From Spirochaetia bacterium (GTDB lineage: Bacteria; Spirochaetota; Spirochaetia; CADAEX01), in the NCBI GenBank assembly GCA_017446885.1, contig JAFSOR010000020.1, positions 102,769 through 166,768 of the forward strand: DNA of 64,000 nt, given 5' to 3'. The position numbers were made by a program, and so were the translations under genes. Each line of letters starts with the position of its first letter. Position 1 is the first letter of the stretch. The notes below the pieces were generated by a model that ran no database searches, had not been told where the DNA came from, and saw nothing but the letters and a program-made list of their open reading frames with translations. This document shows positions 58,548 through 64,000 of this stretch, one piece after another.

Positions 58548-59733
58548 CAGCTTTAATCAGCATCTGCTCAATATCTTCTGCACCTAGGTCTTTGGCCAGT
58601 GACAGCGGTGTGTTGCCGCCTTTTGTCACGACATTCACATCTGCCCCTTTATAGATAAGGACTTCTGTCATCTCATGGTTCTGGTGCATAATTGCCTCGA
58701 TCAGGGCAGTTTTGTTCTCAGGGTCTGCATAATTGATATCTGCCCCCATGACCAGGGATTTATAGAAGTTTTCTATGTTCCCGTCTTTAACTGATTTCTT
58801 TAGCAGTTCTGTGGCCTCTTGTGCCGATATTACAGCAGAAGTGGATTTTGCTTTAGAAAGCTTTTGTGCCTGTGATGCCTTTTGTGCAGGAGAAGCCTTT
58901 TTAGGAGGCTGCTTAGGGGCTGTCTGTTTAGGGGCTGGCTGCTTAGCCTGTGGCTTAGACTCCTGTGGCTTAGGTGCAGTGGCCTTGCCTGCTTCTGGCT
59001 TGGCTTCTGGTGCAGGAGCTGCTGCAACTGCAACCGGCTTCTGGTTGTCCTCGGCATTCTTAAGTATTTTCATTACTCTGTTGTATTCTTTCTTATCTTT
59101 CTTGTTGGACTTAGATTTCTTGACTGCATCTATAGTATTGTCAATACTGGCATCGCGTCTGTCGCCATTCTCTTCGCAGACAGCATACGACCAGGAGATG
59201 CTGCATCCTTTGTTTATCATAAAATCAAGGACATCAGCGTTGCAGTCGCTGCCTCCAACTACAAACCATACTGGGTTGATAAAAGATATGTATTTCTTGC
59301 CCGCAGTTTCAAAATCATCCGACTCGTTACGCACTGCACCCGAATTGATGTCAATACCGGCATCCAAAAGCATCTGTATTATCTTTGCTGTGTTTGCGCT
59401 GTCGTGTGTGTCCCGTGTGCTCCAGACAGCTCCAGTAAGGGCATTGCCTCCAAAATTGTTGTCTGCCATAAGATTGACATCGGCCTTTGCCTTGATAAAA
59501 AGCTCAACCATTTCGGCGTTTCCGGTCTGGGCAGCTTCCATTACTGGGGGCTGGCCGTTGGGAAGGTATGTGTCAGGGTTGTAGCCGCCATCAAGCAGTT
59601 CCTTTACTTTGGCAGTATCGCCAGTATTTATAGCACTGAACATCTCTTGCGGGGTATCATCTGCAAAGACAGATACTGCTGCAAATATCAATATGGCAAT
59701 CACGCTTAAACTTATTATATTTTTTCGATTCAT
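58534..59733 (-). CDS. secreted ankyrin-repeat protein with Pro/Ala/Lys-rich linker
   Basis: Signal peptide; ANK repeats on both sides of a PAK-rich low-complexity segment. Confidence 0.8.
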   Translation of the reverse strand: MNRKNIISLSVIAILIFAAVSVFADDTPQEMFSAINTGDTAKVKELLDGGYNPDTYLPNGQPPVMEAAQTGNAEMVELFIKAKADVNLMADNNFGGNALTGAVWSTRDTHDSANTAKIIQMLLDAGIDINSGAVRNESDDFETAGKKYISFINPVWFVVGGSDCNADVLDFMINKGCSISWSYAVCEENGDRRDASIDNTIDAVKKSKSNKKDKKEYNRVMKILKNAEDNQKPVAVAAAPAPEAKPEAGKATAPKPQESKPQAKQPAPKQTAPKQPPKKASPAQKASQAQKLSKAKSTSAVISAQEATELLKKSVKDGNIENFYKSLVMGADINYADPENKTALIEAIMHQNHEMTEVLIYKGADVNVVTKGGNTPLSLAKDLGAEDIEQMLIKAGAKE

Positions 59734-59865
59734 TTATATCTCCTGTCTGGTTTCACTTTTAATAATATAGAACAACATTGCCACAGTTGCAATAAGTTTG
59801 ATTCCAGCCTGGAAACAGTTGACATTTGGGGTATTATCGTAAAGAATAAAATTAAGGAGAATAAT

Positions 59866-60393
59866 ATGAGCACAAGTGCAAAAGTATGTATAGGGCTTTC
59901 TGGAATTCTGTTTATAATTGCAGGTATAATGTGCCTTGCCAGCCCCGAGGCCACATTGCTGTCCCTTGCCTGGATTTTAGGGTTCTTGACCCTGCTTTCT
60001 GGAATATTTTCGCTCTATTTCTATTTTGGAGGTTTCAGCGAGGCATCTGGAAGCGGCTTTGTTCTCCTTTCAGCCATTGCTGATATCATTATAGGAATTA
60101 TTTTCCTGGCAAACCAGGTGTTTGTGGCAGCTGCCATTCCATTTGTATTTGCAGCCTGGATTCTGTTTGCCGGAATGCTTGCAGTGATCCATGCCTTTGA
60201 TTTCAAGAGGGCAGGGTTCATTAACTGGTATCTGCTTCTTATCTTTGGCATCCTTACAGTTCTTTTCGCAGTATTGTCTTTTGTAGACCCCGCAATAAGC
60301 GCATTCACAATCACATTCATGGTAGGCTTTGCCCTTATCACCCGTGGTGTGAACCGATTCATCTTCCTGGCCGGAATTAAGAATCTTTTATAA
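59866..60393 (+). CDS. HdeD/DUF308 family membrane protein
   Basis: Six short TM helices with the characteristic glycine-rich pattern. Confidence 0.65.
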   Translation: MSTSAKVCIGLSGILFIIAGIMCLASPEATLLSLAWILGFLTLLSGIFSLYFYFGGFSEASGSGFVLLSAIADIIIGIIFLANQVFVAAAIPFVFAAWILFAGMLAVIHAFDFKRAGFINWYLLLIFGILTVLFAVLSFVDPAISAFTITFMVGFALITRGVNRFIFLAGIKNLL

Positions 60394-60872
60394 GCGGAAA
60401 ACTGCAATTACATAGATTCAAGCATCTTAAGTAGAATACGGCTTGAGTTTGCCCCTGCTGTAGAACCAAAGTCCTCGTAGCTGTCGTGGGCTTTGCCGTC
60501 TGCTTTGTCAGATAAAGCGCGTATGACATCTCGCATGCGTAGGCATCATATTCCTTTTTAAGACGCTCTACATAAGTTTCAGATGCAATGAACTGGTCTC
60601 CTGTGGCAATAGTCCCCTTAAAGACATGCTCTCTCCCCAATACTTCCACCGCAGCCTTGTATGCAAGATCAACCAGGGCAGGATCGCAGTAATAATATTC
60701 GCCATCTTCACGGCTGGTTCCAGGGTCGCCCGACACCCAAACAAAGCCGTCGTTACTTATAATGCCGTAATCGTGCTCAACAAGCCTTGTGGCTACAACC
60801 TCATCAAGCACCTTATAATAAAAGCAAAAGCAGTCCTGCTGCCACGATTGTTAGGATAATGATTTTTTTCAT
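60377..60872 (-). pseudogene. degraded exported 5'-methylthioadenosine/S-adenosylhomocysteine nucleosidase (pfs) remnant
   Basis: Signal peptide MKKIIILTIVAAGLLLLLL then a stop/frameshift. The middle section matches MTAN (…GTIATGDQFI…EMS…); the C-terminus goes out of frame near 60520. Confidence 0.5.
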
Positions 60873-61084
60873 ATCTAATTTATATCAGATATTCCAATAA
60901 TGATTAAACACAAATCAAAAGAAAGCATATTTTAGTCTGTAAATCCATTACCCACGTTTCTAAATATGGGTATTTTGCGAGTTTCTTGTCAGTTTCTAAA
61001 AAAAAATTAAATTTAATAAGTTTTTGTCTCGTAAACACTTACAAAAAAGTTTCAGAAAATTGTAAAATTTCTTCTGCGTTACTA

Positions 61085-61113
61085 TTGACAACTTAGTAAC
61101 GTTGTAGTAATGT
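61085..61113 (+). promoter_or_regulatory. promoter TTGACA-N17-TAATGT, second copy of the conserved lipoprotein promoter module
   Basis: ctattgacaa…agtaacg…tagtaatgttggtaatgt, near-identical to 4693-4728; 9-bp inverted repeat AGTAACGTT/AACGTTACT at 61095-61103 and 61141-61149. Confidence 0.5.
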
Positions 61114-61163
61114 TGGTAATGTAAACGGAAACGTTGGTGAAACGTTACTGAAAGGAGAGGAAA

Positions 61164-61616
61164 ATGAGAAACTTCGGTAAGATGGTTAAGATGATGGTTG
61201 CAGCAGTTATGATGAGCGCTTTCTTCTGCTCTTGCAATGCAGCAGGCGGACCTAGCTACGAGGCTTCCGAGGTTTCACATTCTTCCAGCTATGAGACAAA
61301 CAATCAGAACGGTCCTTCAACAGGTTCCGGTATCAGCATCAAGTTCAAGCAGATGAGCATCACCGCAGAGACAGACGGAAACAGAGACAAGATTTCTTCT
61401 GGCGAATCCCTCCAGATCAGATGCTATGCAAACGAGGACAGCGAGCAGATCGGAATGTGCGACTGGTACATCGGCGGAACCAAGGTTTCATCAGGCACAA
61501 CATACACATTCTGCCAGAACAACCCAGGCTTGTACAACGTAACCTGCATCGCCGCAGACAGCTCAAGCAACCCAACATGCATCGACTGCCAGCAGCTGAT
61601 GATTGAGGTTTGGTAA
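61164..61616 (+). CDS. small lipoprotein (lipobox FFCSCNA)
   Basis: Signal peptide plus Cys; RBS aggagagg. Confidence 0.6.
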   Translation: MRNFGKMVKMMVAAVMMSAFFCSCNAAGGPSYEASEVSHSSSYETNNQNGPSTGSGISIKFKQMSITAETDGNRDKISSGESLQIRCYANEDSEQIGMCDWYIGGTKVSSGTTYTFCQNNPGLYNVTCIAADSSSNPTCIDCQQLMIEVW

Positions 61617-61640
61617 TCTCTCCTTAGATATAAAAAGAAG

Positions 61641-61667
61641 GGGCATCCAGAAACGGATGCCCTTTTT
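61641..61667. terminator. bidirectional intrinsic terminator
   Basis: gggcatcc-agaaac-ggatgccc followed by T5; A-tract upstream. Confidence 0.8.
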
Positions 61668-61674
61668 CGTTTTG

Positions 61675-62103
61675 TCATTTTATGTTGATTATTATAATGC
61701 CGACCAAGCATATGGCAACACCCACCAGCTTATTCCAAGTCAGTGCCTCATGATAAAGCAGGAATCCTACAAAAATCAGAGCTGCGGCAAGGAAACAGCT
61801 TTGTATTATATTGCCTGTGCTTACCTGCCAGCCAGCCTTGTAGGCGTAAATCCAGCCAACCTCAAGCCCCACCACCACTAGGCCGAACACAAACGGCGCC
61901 CAGTTAAGCTTTGAATACTCCTTTATAAGGCTGCCATCATGGTTCAATAGAAAATAGAGAACCGCACTGGCCAGAGCCCCCACCAGATAAGTGACAGTCA
62001 AAGATGCCAGAGGATTCATCCCCGCAGGGACAGATTTTGCACATATCTGATACACAACATTCGAGAACACAACAAGGGCAATAGGCCATATATATGAAAT
62101 CAT
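61675..62103 (-). CDS. small EamA-like (4-TM) membrane protein
   Basis: Four TM helices resembling a single EamA repeat. Confidence 0.5.
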   Translation of the reverse strand: MISYIWPIALVVFSNVVYQICAKSVPAGMNPLASLTVTYLVGALASAVLYFLLNHDGSLIKEYSKLNWAPFVFGLVVVGLEVGWIYAYKAGWQVSTGNIIQSCFLAAALIFVGFLLYHEALTWNKLVGVAICLVGIIIINIK

Positions 62104-62136
62104 AGACTCTCCAGAACTGTCAAAATCGGCAGGACA

Positions 62137-62322
62137 TCAGGCTGCATCCGGCATAAGCAGGGCAGCGATTATATAAGCCAGCAGTCCTGTGCCGCATCCA
62201 AGAACAAGCAATAGCCAGATAATCCTAACTACTGTGGGATCCATGTCAAAATATTCTGCAACTCCGCCACATACGCCCCAAATCTTCTTATCCCGTGATT
62301 TTCTAAGTATTTTATCTGGCAT
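62137..62322 (-). CDS. PspC-domain protein
   Basis: KIWGVCGGVAEYFDMDPTVVRI PspC signature. Confidence 0.7.
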   Translation of the reverse strand: MPDKILRKSRDKKIWGVCGGVAEYFDMDPTVVRIIWLLLVLGCGTGLLAYIIAALLMPDAA

Positions 62323-62334
62323 AGCTTACTCCTT

Positions 62335-62793
62335 TTAAATAATATAGAACATCATTGTCACTGTTGCAACAAGTTTGATTCCGGTTCCTGCCATGACTCC
62401 CGCAAATGCCCCCAGGGCCGACTTGAATGATGCACCTGGTTCCCTGCGGCCGAAGATAAGCTCGCCCACAAGTGCCCCTGCAAAGCAGCCAGCTATCATT
62501 CCTACGGCAGTGAAGAGAATACCGGCCAGCAGTCCTATCGTTGCTCCCCAGCTTCCAGCCTTTGAGCCGCCGGACATCCGGGTGAACTTGGCTGGAATAA
62601 CATAGTCCAGTACTGTCACGATTATAGTGATGGCCAGCCAGATAAGAAGGGTTGTGGTGGTTATGCTTTTTGCAAAGTATGCCACCAGAAGTCCTGCCCA
62701 GCTTATAGGAGGCCCTGGCAGACCTGGGACAACGCTTCCAATTATCCCCGCAATTCCCAGTATGTATGCAATTACAATCAACGCAACTGACAT
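62335..62793 (-). CDS. DUF456-like membrane protein
   Basis: Four TM helices with a glycine-rich pattern. Confidence 0.5.
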   Translation of the reverse strand: MSVALIVIAYILGIAGIIGSVVPGLPGPPISWAGLLVAYFAKSITTTTLLIWLAITIIVTVLDYVIPAKFTRMSGGSKAGSWGATIGLLAGILFTAVGMIAGCFAGALVGELIFGRREPGASFKSALGAFAGVMAGTGIKLVATVTMMFYII

Positions 62794-63206
62794 TCGATTA
62801 TCTCCACAGCATCGGCAATGTATCGCAGGCAGGGACGTTTGGTATAGTAGGCCTCTGAGCGTGGGCTTGGAACAGGGAAGGTGGAGCTTTCTATCCCTTT
62901 AAGAAGTTCCCTGCAGATGATGCTTCCATTCTTTTCCCTGAACTTCTCTGCCAGCTTCTGGACCATCCTGTACTGATCAGCTCTGGTGGTATTTTCTGCA
63001 ACGGCAAGTCCGGCTATCATGAACATGGCACTTACTGTTCCGCATACTTCCCGCATCCGGCCCATACCTCCGCCGAAGGATGACGCAAGCTTCATTGCAG
63101 TCTGGAAAGAAAGGCCATAATCCTGGCAGAACGCCCCAAGAACAGCCTGGCAGCAGTTGTATCCCTGCCGGAACAATATCTCAGCTTTTTCTGATTTTTC
63201 ACTCAT
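62778..63206 (-). CDS. C_GCAxxG_C_C family redox-active protein
   Basis: GYNCCQAVL…CGAV motif. Confidence 0.7.
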   Translation of the reverse strand: MSEKSEKAEILFRQGYNCCQAVLGAFCQDYGLSFQTAMKLASSFGGGMGRMREVCGTVSAMFMIAGLAVAENTTRADQYRMVQKLAEKFREKNGSIICRELLKGIESSTFPVPSPRSEAYYTKRPCLRYIADAVEIIECQLR

Positions 63207-63318
63207 ATTATTTATATTATATCAGATTCTTCAAAAAAATAATATGTTTGACAGCTGATAAATATTCTGATAATATAAATAAGATGTTTATCCTTAAAAC
63301 AGATTTGGGAGGAAAACC

Positions 63319-63915
63319 ATGGTTGAAATTATTCCGCGCTGGGAATGGCGCACTTTTGGGATGACTTTCGGAGAAGGCGAGAACCGTATCAAGGCACATG
63401 AGTTGGGAACTTTCAAGAAAAGTTCGGAAAAATACATCCTGTCCAAGAACAGCAATGAGAACTGCAAGATAAGGGATGACCTTATGGATATCAAGTCGCT
63501 CCGGCAGATCAATGCAGACAAGCTTGAGCAGTGGTATCCTACTATGAAGCTTACCTTTCCGCTTAAAAAAGGAGACATTGAGAACCTTTTCAAGAACTTC
63601 TTCAAGGTGGCTGTCCCTGAATTCAAAAGGGAAGAGTATACCTACGAGCAGTATCTGGATGAGCTGGTTTCAAAGTGCGACGACCTGGTGATTGTGGATG
63701 TCTACAAGGAGCGCTCAATCTACACTATAGATGATGCTACTGTAGAAATTGCCGAGACCAAGTTCAACGGAGTTCCAAACAGGACTATATGCGTTGAGCA
63801 TATCGACCCAGCCCTGGTTATGAAGGTGGTCAAGGAGCTTGGAGTGGAAGGCTGCCCGAATATCAACTACCTTAAGGCTATGAAACAGGCTGTGGGTATG
63901 CCTGCTTGGGTCTGA
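63319..63915 (+). CDS. hypothetical protein, possibly CYTH-like (triphosphate tunnel) domain
   Basis: Weak pattern match only (…LRQIN…, …VEIAETKF…); sits next to a Ppx/GppA gene. Confidence 0.35.
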   Translation: MVEIIPRWEWRTFGMTFGEGENRIKAHELGTFKKSSEKYILSKNSNENCKIRDDLMDIKSLRQINADKLEQWYPTMKLTFPLKKGDIENLFKNFFKVAVPEFKREEYTYEQYLDELVSKCDDLVIVDVYKERSIYTIDDATVEIAETKFNGVPNRTICVEHIDPALVMKVVKELGVEGCPNINYLKAMKQAVGMPAWV

Positions 63916-63932
63916 CAGAAGTGGAGGATACA

Positions 63933-64000
63933 ATGAGCAGAAAAGCAATCATTGATATCGGGTCAAACTCTATCAAGTTCTTTGTGGGAGAGCTTGCAGA
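63933..64000 (+). CDS. Ppx/GppA-family phosphatase, N-terminal fragment (continues beyond window)
   Basis: AIIDIGSNSIKFFVGE motif. Confidence 0.6.
   Translation, partial: MSRKAIIDIGSNSIKFFVGELA

Noticed and set aside
1-64000. Search for mobile elements, integrases, transposases, CRISPR, restriction-modification or toxin-antitoxin pairs
   Set aside because: No recognisable transposase, integrase, recombinase, Cas, methyltransferase or TA-like small gene pair was seen on either strand. tRNA-Ala is not followed by an integrase.

Overview
This 64 kb window is a chromosomal segment that looks spirochaete-like (Treponema-type) on gene content, with roughly 50% GC; the taxon is inferred only, not computed. 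Housekeeping genes (tyrS 3' end, yebC-ruvC-ruvA-ruvB-queA, fusA paralog, secA, split purH, miaB, mfd, trmB, tsaD, ilvE, efp, nifS-nifU, ppaC-like-proB-proA-proC, tRNA-Ala) are interspersed with many surface lipoprotein and envelope genes. Notable content: (i) a compact nifH/nifD/nifK-like three-gene cluster plus a small membrane protein, sitting between two intrinsic terminators, with sizes that fit a group-IV 'nitrogenase-like' (Nfl/Cfb/Mar-type) reductase and not a true nitrogenase; (ii) a tandem array of three paralogous surface lipoproteins, two of which carry C-terminal DUF285-type 'TDMSxMF' repeats. The array is preceded by a 'coiled-coil protein + small lipoprotein' pair and followed by a decayed copy of the small lipoprotein; (iii) a conserved promoter/operator module shared between two unlinked lipoprotein genes; (iv) an AAA+ (DUF4143) ATPase whose promoter is overlaid by three exact 21-bp direct repeats at 33-bp period; (v) several smaller oddities: purH split into two ORFs, a family-II pyrophosphatase homolog with a lipoprotein signal, a decayed exported MTA/SAH nucleosidase, and GC-rich structured intergenic elements. 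No CRISPR array, transposase, integrase or rRNA was seen.
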